DNA of 64,000 nt from Hemiscyllium ocellatum. Taxonomy: Eukaryota. Every line of letters begins with the position of its first letter. Positions within the stretch are counted from its first letter, which is position 1. Position numbers and translations under genes: made by a program. The stretch covers positions 13,222,913-13,286,912 of the forward strand of contig NC_083405.1 in NCBI RefSeq assembly GCF_020745735.1, in the 5' to 3' direction. The notes beneath the pieces are model-generated. The model was not told the origin of the DNA. It searched no databases and saw only the letters and a list, made by a program, of their open reading frames with translations. Positions 39,078-52,805 of this stretch are shown piece after piece.

Positions 39078-41872
39078 TACAGAACATAGAACATAGAAAT
39101 GTACAGCATGGAACAAGCCCTTCAGCTTATGATGTTGTGCCAAGGATTAGAACATAGAACATTACATTGCAGTACAGGCCCTTTGGCCCTCGATGTTGTG
39201 GCGACCTGTCATACCAATCTGAAGCCCATCTAACTTATACTATTCCATGTACGTCCATATGCTTGTCCAATGACGACTTAAATGTACTTAAACTTGGCGA
39301 ATCTACTACCGTTGCAGGCAAAGCATTCCATATCCTTACTACTCTCTGAGTAAAGAGACTACCTCTGACATCTGTCCTATATCTATCACTCCTAAAGTTA
39401 AAGCTATGCCCCCTCGTACTCGCCATCACCATACTTGGGAAAAGGTTCTCCCTTCCACCCTGCCTAACCCTTTGATTATCTTATATGTCTCTATTAAGTC
39501 ACCTCTCAACCTTCTTCTCTCTAACGAAAACAGCCTCAAGTCCCTCAGCCTTTCCTCTTAAGACCTTCCCTCCATACCAGAGCTGAAAATGTGTTGCTGG
39601 AAAAGCGCAGCAGGTCAGGCAGCATCCAAGGAACAGGAAATTCGACGTTTCGGGAAAGGGCTTATGCCCGAAACGTTGAATTTCCTGTTCCTTGGATGCT
39701 GCCTGACCTGCTGCGCTTTTCCAGCAACACATTTTCAGCTCTGATCTCCAGCATCTGCAGACCTCACTTTCTCCTTCTCTCCATACCAGGCAACATCCGA
39801 GTAAATCTCCTCTGCACCCTTTCCAAAGCTTCCACATCCGTCTTATAATGTGGTGACCAGAACTGTACACAATACTCCAAGTGTAGCCGCACCAGAGTTT
39901 TGTACAGCTGTAGCGTAACCTCATGGTTCCAGAACTCGATCCCTCTATTAATAAAAGCTAAAACACTGTATGCCTTCTTAACAACCCTGTCAACCTGGGT
40001 GCCAACTTTCAAGGATCTGTGTACCTGGACACCGAGATCCCTCTGCTCATCTACACTACCAAGAATCTTACCATAAGTCCAGTACTTTGCATTCCGGTTA
40101 CTCTGACCAAAGTGAATCACCTCATACTTGTCCACATTGAACTCCATTTGCCACCTCTCTGCCCAGCTCTGCAGCTTATTTATGTCTCTCTGTAACTACA
40201 ACATCCTTCGTCACCATCCATAACTCCACCGACCTTAGTGTTATCTGCAAATTTACTAACCCACCCTTCTACATCCTCATCCAGGTTGTTTATAAAAATG
40301 ACGAACAGCAGTGGACCCAACACCGACACTTGCAGTATCACTGGTAACTGGACTCCAGGATGAACATTTCCCATCAACCATCACCCTCTGTCTTCTTTCA
40401 GCAAGCCAATTACTGATCCAAACTGCTAAATCTCCCACAATCCCATTCCTCTGCATTTTGTACAATAGCCTACTGTGGGGAACCTTATCAAACGCCTTGC
40501 TGAAATCCATATACACCACATCAACCGATTTACTCTCATCCACCTGTTTGGTCACCTTCTCAAAGAACTCAATAAGGTTTGCGAGGCACGACCCTACCCT
40601 TCATAAAACCATGCAGACTATCCCTAATCAAATTATTCTTTTCTAGATGATTATAAATCTTATCTCTTATAACCTTTTCCAACAACTGAAGTAAGGCTCA
40701 CTGGTCTATAATTACCAGGGTTGACTCTACTCCCCTTCTTGAACGGGGGAACCACACTTACTATCCTCCAGTCTTCTGGCACTATTCTTGTAGACAATGA
40801 CGATTTCAAGATCAATGCCAAAGGCTCGGCAATCTCCTCCCTGGCTTCCCAGAGAATCCTAGGATAAATTCCATCAGGCCCAGTAGATTTCTCTATTTTC
40901 ACACTCTGCAAGATTTCTAATACCTCTTCCTTGTGAACCTCAATCCCACCTAGTCAAGTAGCCTGTATCTCAGTAATCTCCTCAACAACACTGTCGTTTT
41001 CTAGAGTGAATACTGTCGAAAAATATTCATTTAGTGCTTCCCCTATCTCCTCTGACTCCACACACAACTTCCCACTCCTATCCTTGATTGGCCCTAATCT
41101 TACTCTCATCATTCTGTTATTCCTTAAATACCTATAGAAAGCCTTAGGGTTTACCCTGATTCTATCCGCCAACAACTTCTCATGTCTCCGCCTGGCTCTG
41201 CTGAGCTCTCTCTTTAGGTCTTTCCTGTCTACCATGTAACCCTCAAGTGCCCTACCTGAGCCTTCACATTCTCATCCTAACTTAAGCCTTCTCCTTCCTC
41301 TTAACCAGAGATTCCACTTCCTTCGTAAACCACGGCTCTTGCGCTCTATAGCTTCCTCCCTGCCTGACAGGTACATACTTATCTAGGACACACAGGAGCT
41401 TTTCCTTGAATAAGCTCCACATTTCTAATGTGCCCATCCCCAGCAGTTTCCTTCCCCATCCTATGCTTCCGAAATCTTGCCTTATCGCATTGTAATTGCC
41501 TTTCCCCCAGCTGTAACTCTTGCCCAGTGGTATACACCTATCCCTTTCTATCACTAAAGTAAACATAACAGAATTGTGATCACTATCACCAAAGAGCTCA
41601 CCTCCTTCCAAGTCTAACATCTGGCCGGGCTCATTACCCAGTACTAAATGTAATATGGCTTTGCCCCTTACTGGCCTGTCTACATACTGTGTCAGGAAGC
41701 CCTTCTGCACACACTGGACAAAAATTGACCCATCTATAGTACTGGTACTATAATGTTTCCAGTCAATATTTGGAAAGTTGAAGTGCCCCATGACTACTAC
41801 CCTGTCTCTCTCACTCCTATCGAGAATCATCTTTGCTATCCTTTCCTCTACATCTCTGGAACTATTCAGAGG
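39078..41872 (-). mobile_element. CR1 ORF2 (APE to 3' tail) with deletions and frameshifts
   Basis: GHFNFPNIDW, SDHNSV, GPDGIYPRIL, NYRPVSLTS, DFSKAFDKV, KFADNTK, YCVQFWSPH; doubled agaacatagaac tail. Confidence 0.95.
39581..39773. mobile_element. Fold-back PLE terminal repeat inside CR1
   Basis: Inverted arms; TSD cttc(c/t)ctccataccag at 39565-39580 and 39774-39789. Confidence 0.9.
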
Positions 41873-42603
41873 GATGGGCTATCAATGCTGGCCAAGCCAG
41901 TGACACTCACATCACATAAAATGAATATTAAAAAAAAGAATGCCTGCAAGATTAAAACTGCTCCACACTGTCCGAACTGCCATCTCTGCCTCTTCTTATT
42001 GAGGAAGACAATGCTCACCTTTCTTACCAAAGTCCAGTATTCACCCCGGCCCTCACTTATACCAACCAGTAGCACTGCCACCACCAACACAGCAGCCCCT
42101 CTCAAAATGTCTTGTCAGTAAATTTTTATTAACTGGTTACTTCAATTACAATGCAATCTCTACAATCACACTAAGTACCATTTAGGTGACAACCAATTTT
42201 CTAACAGATTTTCTCGATCTCTCTTCTTTTTTGGTTCGAGGGTGGAAACACAATAGTGATGTAAGATATATGTACAACAGTGAGACAGGAAAGCTAGTAT
42301 GGCTCATGTTGACTCTTAGACACCACAGAGTGAAGCAACACATTCATTGCATTATAAACATAACATTTCATCCCTACTCACACCCGCATGACAGAAATAA
42401 AATGTGGATCGGTTGGACAGGCTGGGTTTGTTTCAGCTGGAGTTTGGGAGAGTGAGGGGTGACATCATTGAAGTGTCTAAGATCCTGAATGACTTGATAA
42501 GGAGGATGTGGAAAGGAAGTTTCCTCTTGTGGGCCATTCCTGAATGAGAGGGAACTGCTTTAAAGTTGTGTTCACCCTTTCAGGACAGAGATGAGGAGAC
42601 TTT

Positions 42604-42919
42604 TTAGATTAGATTAGACTTACAGTGTGGAAACAGGCCCTTCGGCCCAACAAGTCCACACCAACCCGCCGAAGCGCAACCCACCCATACCCCTACATTT
42701 ACCCCTTACCTAACACTATGGGCAATTTAGCATGGCCAATTCACCTGACCCGCACATCTTTGTGACTGTGGGAGGAAACCGGAGCACCCGGAGGAAACCC
42801 ACGCAGACACGGGGCGAACGTGCAAACTCCACACAGTCAGTCGCCTGAGTCGGGAATTGAACCCGGGTCTACAGGCGCTGTGAGGCAGCAGTGCTAACCA
42901 CTGTGCCACCGTGCCGCCC
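42604..42919 (-). mobile_element. Young HE1-type SINE (inside a CR1 3' fragment spanning ~42400-43135)
   Basis: Full reverse complement from the ttagattagatt tail to the gccgccc head. Confidence 0.92.
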
Positions 42920-43157
42920 ACTTGTTTCCAATCAGAGGGCAGTGCAACTTTGGAACTCTCTGCCCCAGAAGGTGGGCTCACTGAGTATTTTAAGACACAG
43001 GTTGATAGATTCTTGTTAAGGGATGTTGGGGGGAGATGGAATACAAATCACAAACAGATCAGGCCTGGTCTTATTGAACGATGGAGCAGGCTCGAGGGGC
43101 CGAATGGTCACCTTCTGCTTCTTTCCCACATGATCCAAGGACTGAGCGCTTTGTTTA

Positions 43158-43485
43158 AAATTCATTCACTGGGATGTAGGTGCCACTGGCTATGGGCAGC
43201 ATTTATTATAGAGGGCAGGTAAGAGCCAACCACATTGCTGTGGGTCAGGAGTCACATGTAGGCCAGATCAAGTAAGGATGGCAGCTTCCTTCCCTAAAGG
43301 GCATCAGTGACTGTGATGGGTTTTTCCTGACAATTGAGAATAATTTCATCAATAGGCTTATAATTCTAGATTTGTATTGAATTCAAATTCCACATCTGTC
43401 GTGATGGGATTCGAATCAGGGTCCCCAGAATATTACCCGGAGCTCTGGATTAACAGTTCGGCAACGATGCCACAGGGCTGTTACC
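43158..43485 (-). mobile_element. SINE family 2
   Basis: attcattcactgggatgt tail (matching the LINE end near 11300), gggattcgaatcaggg B-box-like region. Confidence 0.75.
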
Positions 43486-45299
43486 GAGCTATAAAGGGAC
43501 AGTTTTAATGGTGGAAACGAAAACCTTGATCAAACAGGTAGAAATTAAGGAGAGCCTATAGAATAGAGGAGAATTGAAGGGAATGGGGGAAAAGAATTAC
43601 CAAGTTTAGGTTCAAGGCAGCTGAAACTAAGGCCATCAACAGGGAGGAGAATAAAATAAGAAGCTGTCAAGCAGCTAGAATTGGATAAGTGCAGATACCT
43701 CAGGGAGGTGTGGAACTACGCAGGGAGGACAGGGTGAAATCGCAGGTCGGTTTAAAAGCAGTGAACCAAATTTTGAAATTTTCTTCATGAACATAATATA
43801 GATCAGGTTAAAACTGAAATAGGTGTCTTACACAACTTGCTGCAAAGACACAGGCAATAGAATCTGAGGTGATCATGAGAATATGGAGGTAGAATGTGGG
43901 AGACAAGCTGGGACTGTATTGGATTCGTCACGGTGAGAGGGAACAAATGCTGGATTGGGAGTTTCAGCAGCTGATGGACTGACACTGAGGTGAGCCATCA
44001 GAAACTGAGCAAGTGACCACCATCTAATAGGACAGAGAAACTGATCCATCAGCCTGAAGCTAACTGACCACGTGGCTGTCAGTGACTCCAACACAAGTGA
44101 ATGGAAAGATTGCTCAGAGCCTGTTTCTGTAACATTCAACACAACTAGGAAATAAAAAAAGTGAATAATTAGCTGCAAACAAGGCCACTGCTCTTTTAGA
44201 GTTAAAATCAGTCAATGTTCAGTTAGTGGACATTATTGACTTACAGAATATTCTAAGCTGCAGAATCACAGTAAAAGGGGAAAGTAAACAACATTCTTGG
44301 CAAAGACATAATGAACCAACTGCTTGTATAGAAACAGCTCAAAACAAAGGGGCTGAATCCTCCACAAACTGACAAACACAGATACCATCAGATTTATAGA
44401 TAGAGATTGGAATTCTTTAGAAAAACACTTCCCTGTTGATGGTGTGTGGTAGAAACCATTCTCAGTGAGAACTGCCACTTAATTTCCTTTGAAAAGAATC
44501 TTTGTTTCCCCTCAGAAAAGCAGGTGTGTCGCGCACTTACAGACTGACTTACAGACAAAGGAAACCTGATCTGAGATTCGCAGGTTAATTAAGCTATTAG
44601 TGACAGTCCATTGCACACAACAAGAGCTTAGACCACAACAGATTCTAGTGAAACCAACAATGCAATGAAAAAGGTGAATTAGTCTTTATAATCATGCAGC
44701 CTCTCTCAATCAAAAAATCACAGTCAACTTCCAAACATTTTAAAACTATTAATAACAATGTATACATATTTATTTCCATTCCTAATTTACTCCAAAAATT
44801 ATATCTGGTTATTTCTATTTAAAATATATTTTAAATGGTCAGTTCATAATCACAATTCATTTCCAATTATTCTTAGTGCAAAGAAATTTGCAAACTAAAA
44901 TAGTTCTCAAGTCAATAATGACATTGTTATGTAGTTCAATCATATTTCAAAATATTGTTTTGGTTCATTATTGCAGTGAAGCTAAAATTAAAATCTATTT
45001 ATTTTCACTGATATTCTTCCATTACTTTATTCCCTAATAATAATGCATGGCGTAATGGGTGACAAGCATTAAAATGATGTAGAATTTTCAATGCAAGAAC
45101 TGGTACAAATAATCACATATTATTCAGTTCATTCATTGTCGTTGATTATCAGGGTTATTTCCATGGTATGATCACATTAAATTCACTTAAATAATCACAG
45201 TACAATTCTCACCTCTATAGATATGTAAAGTGAATGTCAAATTATTAATGTTTCAAGTCAAACCAAATTCACATCTTGTTCTGTGTTATTCCAGGAATG

Positions 45300-48200
45300 A
45301 CAGAATGTGTTACATTATTATGAGAAACAGGAACAAGTGAAGGTGGTGGCTCTCAGACGTGAGGCCTTAAAGCCAAAGGGCCAGGTAGTAGTTACAGAGG
45401 GAGAGGTACCTAGTGCCCGGCTCTCCTCAGAAGGCAGTGAGGACGGTGACACTGACTGGAAAAGTTTGACGACAAAGCGCCCACGTATGGTCAGAGGGAC
45501 GGCAATGGATGGGATGACCCACTGCTCTGTAAGGCCCAGAAGGCAGTGTCTCTGGCACCGCTGGGCATCAAAGCTCAAACTTGGGCAGACAGTAGGGAGC
45601 AACAAAGGGAACTGACAGAAACTAAACCTGAACCGTTTACCAGGCTAAACGACAGATGTTGGTGAATGACCACCCAGCCTGATGGAGAAATGGTAATAAT
45701 GGGCCTTATTGGGAGAATATGGATGAATTAGTTGAGGTACACAGTCTCACCAAAGATGATGTCAGGCCAAGATCTTTCAGACCAAGATGCCCTGACGTGT
45801 ACAGCAGAACCTGTCCCTGCAATGAGAGGGTGGGGGTGTGAGCCAGTTCCCCCCAGTGCACAGCCGATCAGTGCCTTCAGGCATTTACAGATATTGCAGG
45901 GACACACTGGGGAGGGGACAGGCTGAATGGGCTAAAATAACCTTGGTGACTCAGGAACCCAAGGGTAATATTGAGGATCATACAGAGAGGAAGCCTGAGG
46001 TGTGTAAGGACCATGGGGGATTACCAAACGCCCATGAAATAGGTTTGATGTATTTTAAAGATGACATGGGACCCTATTTAACTGTAATTATAAACATGGG
46101 ACTCCCAGTGGGAAATAATTCTAACCACATTCTAAATTGGGCCATGACAACTGAGGCAAACTCAGAAACACAGGGGAATAGCTGCAGTACAGGGAGGGGA
46201 ACCAGATATACAATGTTACAAGGGAAGCAGGAAAGGGCACATAGCCAAGGATCGTAGGCAGAGAGAGGAAGATAGATGTTCACATTGTGTGTGGTCTGTG
46301 TTCATGTGTGCACATGCATAGTCCAGGAACGTTTCTTGATGTGCTGTTTGGGACCAACAGCACATGATGTTAATACAGGAGCATCCATGTCAGTTACGAA
46401 TATGGATTTACCCCTAATCCCCGCAACTATAAAAAAAGAGCAGTTGGAGGGGGAACCGAAGAAGCTAGACGATGCAGATCACGGATATGACAAAATGTAT
46501 TCAGATATGGGAGTGTGAAACTGAGGAAGGGACCACTTCTTGGAGTTGCCATTTTAGAACAGTTAGAAGCAATTATTGATGTTGGGACCTGAAATAAAAC
46601 ATGGGGACGCTCCGGCCAGACTGAGATAGGAAGAAAAAGAGAGGCGACATCTCCAGAGTAGTTGCATTGCAGGGAGACTGGGACAGTCAGGGAATCTGGG
46701 GAGTTATAGTTAGGACCCTCTCAACGGTGTGGTAACTCAAACAGGAACGTGCGTTATTATCTGTAGGTCCTGTAAAGATAGAGGGCCCTCTCACTCCCCA
46801 CACAAACAGGATCCCATTAAAGCTGGGGCTGTGGAGGCAGTAAATGTGACAGTGACAGATTGAGAGAAGCAGGGAATAGTCAGACCGATAGTATCCCGGA
46901 CTAATTCACGGAATCCGGATGGTTCATCCCACCTCACTATTGATTATACCTCCCTGCCACTAAAGAATAACCTACAATAGCCAACCTCGCTGTGATATTT
47001 AATGGATTGAAATCACAACAGGATGCAGTCTCAGCTCTTGATATTGTGAATGGGTTCCAATCCATACCTGTGTACCCAGAATGCCAGAATAAGCTGGTGT
47101 TTACTGTCGAAGGAAAACAGTACACCTGGATCCAGTTACCTTAAGGATCCCACAATATTCCAGTATATCCCACCAATGTATGGCTGATGGAGTGAGTCAC
47201 ATTGATCTTACCAACACCTCATTACCTCAGTCGGTGAGAAGGAACATATCTGGATATTAAACAGACTATTGGGACTTAAAATTAACCCACAGAGAGTGCA
47301 ACTGGAAAGGTAGTGAGAGACATACCTGGGACATCATATCAGGGAGATCAAATCAGGAAGAGAGAGGGGAGAGTCCCAGCAGAATGAAAGACCATGATTT
47401 TAAAACTATCCATGCACACACACTATGAAGGGGTTAAGGTAAACTTTAGGATTATTTAATTATTGGGGGACTTTTGTGGAGAATTATCCAGAAGTAGTAG
47501 AACCATCACAAGCCCTGACAGAAGCACTGACATTAGCCAGGGGCCAGGGAGTCAGCATGTTCACAGACAGTCAGCATGCCTTTGGTATTGTTGATGACCA
47601 TGTGTTGGCCTGGGCTCGGTGACGGAACATCACCCTGTCTGGGGGCCACATCGAGCATGAGGAACAGGTCAGAGAGTTAGTGGAAGCAGCTTTCCCAATG
47701 AAGCAGCAAAAATGAAGATTAGAGCTCACAGGAAAGTAGAAACTGCACAACAATGGGGCAGTGAGTATGTGAGTAAGGCAGGTGAAATACTGACTGAAAC
47801 AGTGCAGACATTTGGGGAAGCGACAGTCGCTACAGGAGCGAGAAAGGAAAGTTGAAGACAGTCCCAGAAATAGCCCCACAACAGGAGAAAGAGGAATGGG
47901 AAAAAGGGTTGGTGGGGGGGGGGGGGGGCGCAGTAACAGGACAAGACAGAGTCTGGATGATCCAGCAGTGCTACAACACTGTATAAGACAAATATTATTA
48001 AAAATATATCATGGGCAGGTCCATCTTGGGCAGGTTACAATGCAATATCAGATGACCCACTACAGGGGTGGCCTGGAACAGGGAGAGATACAGCAAGATT
48101 TTGTCAAAGGGGTATAGTCTGTGCACAATATGAGCCAGGGAAAGCAATCAGGACAAAATGGAGGCAGCAGCAGGGACCCAGGGGCCCATGGGAACAATTA

Positions 48201-48900
48201 TGGATGGATTTTACACATACCCCCATCCCAATCCCAGGGAAAGAAATCCTGCTGGGTCTTAATAAGCAGGTTTACTCAGTGGGTGGATGAATTCCCCTGC
48301 AGATGCTGACCAAGGGACACATGTTACAGGGAATGTAGTTAAACAGCTATGTGCCCTGTTTGGTACTGAACAGAAATCCCATCCCCCATGCCATCCCCAG
48401 AGCTCAGGTACAGCAGAAGGAATGAAGCAGACACTGAAAGCTAGTCTGATTAAGGCCCTGACAGAGACAGGCAGGGATGGGTTAGAGTACTCCCCACCAA
48501 CCTAATGAAACTGAGGTCAACCCCAGCAAAAGGAGCAGGGCAGTTCCCCTTTGAATTAGTGACTGGACAGACTATGCAGCTGCCAGAGGGCGTGGCAGTG
48601 GGAGAGCTGGAGATGTGCAATGGCAAGGATAGAGTTTGTGAAAGAACTGCATGAGTTGAGAGGGGAATTTGCAGAAGGATAGAGAATCAGAAATTGGAAA
48701 AGGGAGCTCATAAACATCCCAGCTGACATCCTGAACCCAGGGGATCGGGTCAGGGGGGAAAATATTCCTGGAACGGATGAAGGAAATACATCAAAATGCT
48801 GGACTTGTCTGGGAGAGCCACAGCATTCCAGAGAGGGAACTCTCCCATCATGCATTAGTAAGGAGCTCTGGATAAACATTGGTCGTGCTGCTCAACACAG
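45300..48900 (+). mobile_element. Decayed endogenous retrovirus, gag-pro-pol (RT, RNase H, integrase); no LTR or env seen
   Basis: Degenerate knuckle CYKGSRKGHIAKDR (46214-46255); protease DVNTGAS (46366-46386); RT EKQGIVRP..PDGSSHLTIDY and LDIVNGFQSIP..FTVEGKQYTW..LP*G (47037-47163); RNase H FTDSQHAFG..KIRAH; integrase HGQVHLG..CQRGIVC, GPWEQLWMDF, DQGTH, HPQSSGTAE, LRSTP..PFELVTG. Confidence 0.92.
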
Positions 48901-48950
48901 AATTCAAGGCTCCTCTTCGATATTTCTCCCAGCAACAGCTGTGCAGGGGC

Positions 48951-51900
48951 ATGTTGCTGGCTGGAGGTCTGTGGCCAGTACCTCTGTTCCACAAGGATCA
49001 GAACTGAGACATCTGTTGTTTGCAACATATATCAATGATTAGCCTGAAAGTGTAAACAATTTAATTAGCAAGTTTGTAGATGGCACAAAGTGAAGAAGTT
49101 GTGAATTGTGAAGAATGTTGTTAAAGGAAACATCAAGGACGAGATCAGTTGGAAAGTTATGCGGATAGATTTTAATTCAGACAAGTGTGAGGTGATGCAT
49201 TTTGGGAGGCTCATTGTAAGAGGAATGTATACACTAAATGGAAGGGCCCGAAGCAGCTTTGATAGAGAGAGAGATCTTCGGGTGCAAGTTCACAGCTCCC
49301 TGAAAGTGGTGAAGGAGGTGGATGGCAGGCTTGTGAGGAGACTGAATATAAAACTGTAGTTAGGCCACCTTTGTGCCGTTTTGATCACTGCGTTATAAGG
49401 AGGATGTGGAGGCTTTGGAGAGGGTGAAAACAGGTTTATTTTTTGGATTGAGAGAGGTTGGAAAAACATGAAATGATATCTTGGGAAAATCCGTGGCTGC
49501 TGGGTTACCTGACAGGCATAGATAGAGTGAATAATCTGAATCTTTTTCCAAGGTGGAAATGACAAATTCTAGAGTTAAGGGGAAAGGGGGCAAGTTTAAA
49601 GAAAATAAAAACAAAAGAACAGCAGAAACAAAAGCAGAAGTTTCTGGAAATGCTGAGCAGGTATGGCAGCGTCTGTGAAGAGAAATCAGAGTTCATGTTT
49701 CTGAGGATGGACCCGAAACATTAACATATTTTTTTCTTCACAGGTGCTGCAAGACCTGCTGAGCATTTCCAACAACATGTGAACGTTTAAAGGGAGTTGT
49801 GTCAGGTAATTTTTTAATGCAAAAGGTGGTAGATGACCAGAATGCACTCTCCTGGGAGGTGTTAAAAGCAGAAACAATCACAACATTTAAGAGGTATTTG
49901 GACACTCACATAAGCAGGCGTGGGTTGGCAGGGATATGGATGATGTACAGGCAGATGGAATTAGTTTGGAATGGCATCATGGTCCACGCACACATGGTGG
50001 GCTGATTATTCTGGTGCTGTCCTGTTCTGTTTTCCAGGGGATAGAATGTGTGGAGCAAGAGTTAATTTTTTTTAGAACACTCAGTAAGTTTTTGCATTTT
50101 GAGAGAAGGAATGTAGAAAGGGAGTATATATTTGAACAGCACAGACACAAAGAATAAAGACTGAGGGACTGGGGGACAATGTGTACAAACCTTTAAAGGA
50201 GAGAGGACATAATCAATGAGTTTTGATCAAAACATATGGGACCCTGGGCTTCATTAATAAAGGGAACAAGAACAAATTCATGGAAACAATTTCTTGGACT
50301 GGTTAGGTTACAGTCAATCATTATATTCAATTCTGATCAACAGATTCCTGGTCAAGAAGGATATGAGGGATCTTCAGAGTGTGGAGTATAGACTTAGTGG
50401 AGTGGTTCACTGATGAAGAAAATGCAGTCACTGGATTGATTTAGAAAAATTGCTATTTTCTTTGAAGAAATCAAGTTGAATATATTTTTATAGATTAAAA
50501 TGGATAAGATTATAACAGATCTAGATAGAACAGACAATTTTAAAAAACTGTATTCGATTGGGGATGGCACAAGATTTAAGATCAGCTGTAACGTTTTGAG
50601 AAAGTGTGAGATGACCAAGTGTTCCCACTGACTGTATTGGCTGGAAATATGCAGAACATGCTGCCTGTAATAGTGGTGAAAGTAGAGATAATCAATGATT
50701 AAAGAATACAATTATATCACATCAGAGGGAAATAAACTTGCAGGGTTTTGGGGACAGATGGACAACGAGAATATGTGATTCTGCACAGAGAGCCAGCTTG
50801 GATTTGATGGGCCCCTTTCTGTACCATAATGCATTTTTTTTGTACTTGCTTAACTTATTCTAGTTATTTGTCTTCAGGGGTTAAATTATCATTAAAGTAA
50901 ATTTGCTCTGTGTTCATACTCAGACCAATACAGGTTGTCCTTCCACAGCAGGAGATACTGTTTACTGCTTTATACTTGGTTCTGGGCGAGTCCCCAGATA
51001 GGGTACACAGAACTGAACACCTATTCCAGGGTGTTTTTACCAGGATTGTGAATATCTTGTACATCCAGTGCCACACCAATATCTGAAATGCTTTCTGACT
51101 GACTGACTAAATGAAATATGTTCCTTCTACAGCACGTTGCTGGCTGGAGGTCTGTGGCCAGTGTTGTTCCACAAGGATCAGAACTGGGACACCTATTGTT
51201 TGTAACATATATTAATGATTAACATGGAAATGTAAACAATTTAATTAACAAGTTTCTAGATGGTACAAATTGATGAAGTTGTGAATCATGAAGAATGTTG
51301 TCAAAGGATACAGCAAGAAAGTTGAAAAACCCATACGGAGACAGATTTTAATCCAGACAAGTGTGAGGTGATGTAAGTGTGAGGTACATTGCAAGATGAA
51401 TGTATTCACTAAACTGAAGGGCTCTCAGCAGCATTGATGAACACAGGGATCTTCAGCGGCAAGTTCACAGCTCCCTGAAAGTGGTGAAGGATCTGTATGG
51501 CATACTTGCCTTCTTTTGTCAGGGAACTGAATATGAAACTGTCAGACCCCTGACAAAAATCCAAGTCTTTCCAACCTCTCCAAATCCAGGCAACATCCTG
51601 GTAAACCTGTTTTCACGCTGTCCAAAGCCTCCACATCCTCCTTTTAATGTGGTGATCAAAACAGCACACAATACTCAAAAGGTGGCCTAATTATAGTTTT
51701 ATTTATTTTTAATATATTCAGTCCCTTGCGCAGGGGGACCTAGAATCAGGGGATGTAGAGTCACTAGATAGAGCTGAGAAATTCTAAGGGTAAAAAGATC
51801 CTCTTGGAAGTTATCTACAGGCCCCCAAACAGTAGTCTGGATGTCAGATGTAAGTTGAATCAGGAGTTGAAATTGGCCTGTTGCAAAGTTGTTATGGGGG

Positions 51901-52805
51901 ATTTCAACATGCAGGTAGACTGGGAGAATCAGGATGGTATTGGACCTCAAGAAAGAGACTTTGTGGAGTGCCTCCAAGATGGATTTTTAGAACAGCTGGT
52001 GCTGGAGCCGACCAGGGAGAAGGCAATTCTGGATCTGGTATTGTGCAATGAACAAGAATTGATCAGGGACCTCAAAGTGAAGGAGCCATTGGGAAGTAGT
52101 GACCATAATACAATAAGCTTCAATCTGCAATATGAGAGGGAGAGGGTACAATCGGAAGTGACAATATTTCAGTTGAATAAAGGGAACTATGGAGCTATGA
52201 GTGAGGAGCTGGCCAAAGTTCAATGGTGAAATACCTTAGCAAGGATGACAGTAGAGGAACAATGACAGATATTTCTGTGTATAATGAAGATGATGCAGGA
52301 TCAGTTCATTCCAAAAAGGAAGAAAGATCCTAGGAGGAGGCATGGGTGGCCGTGGCTGACAAGGGAAGTTAAGAAACATATAAAGTTAAAAGAGAAAAAG
52401 TATAACATAGCAAAGATAAGTGGGAAAACAGAGGACTGGGAAGCTTTTAAAGAACAACAGAAGATTACTAAGAAGGAAATATGCAGAGAAAAAATGAGGT
52501 ATGAAGGTAAACTGGCCAAAAATATAAAGCTTTTTTAGGTATGTGAAAGGCATACCTGATGAGGAGAAACTTCTTCACTCAGAGAGTGTGTGTGGAATGC
52601 TCTGCCCCAGAGGGCAATGGAGGCCCAGTCTCTGGATTCATTTAAGAAAGAGTTGGATAGAACTCTCAAGGTTAGTGGAATCAAGGGTTATGGAGATAAG
52701 GCAGGAACAGGATACTGTTTAAGGATGATCAGCCATGATCATATTGAATGGTGGTGCAGGCTCATAGGGCAGAATGGCCTACTCCTATTGTCTATTGTCT
52801 ATTGA
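48951..52805 (+). mobile_element. Mosaic of CR1 fragments of different ages
   Basis: RT pieces at 48951-49600, 50200-50770 and 51136-51520; younger APE piece at 51715-52560 (GDFNMQVDW, EPTREKAILDLVL, SDHNTI); 3' tail to 52805. Confidence 0.85.
49610..49780. mobile_element. Terminal-repeat palindrome of a second PLE-like family
   Basis: ctggaaatgctgagcaggtatggcagc .. ctgaggatggacccgaaac .. gacctgctgagcatttcca; related ends at ~17240-17320 and 59520-59620. Confidence 0.6.

Noticed and set aside
32354-39096. Many long ORFs with 11-aa repeats (VLHCQRVSTEG, RECCTVRGSVL, TDPLTVQHSLS)
   Set aside because: A by-product of a 33-bp unit lacking stops in several frames on both strands; frames switch freely and there is no gene structure.
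45270-45310. 5' LTR or primer-binding site for the ERV
   Set aside because: No direct repeat or tRNA-complementary site is recognisable, and the 3' side is replaced by CR1.
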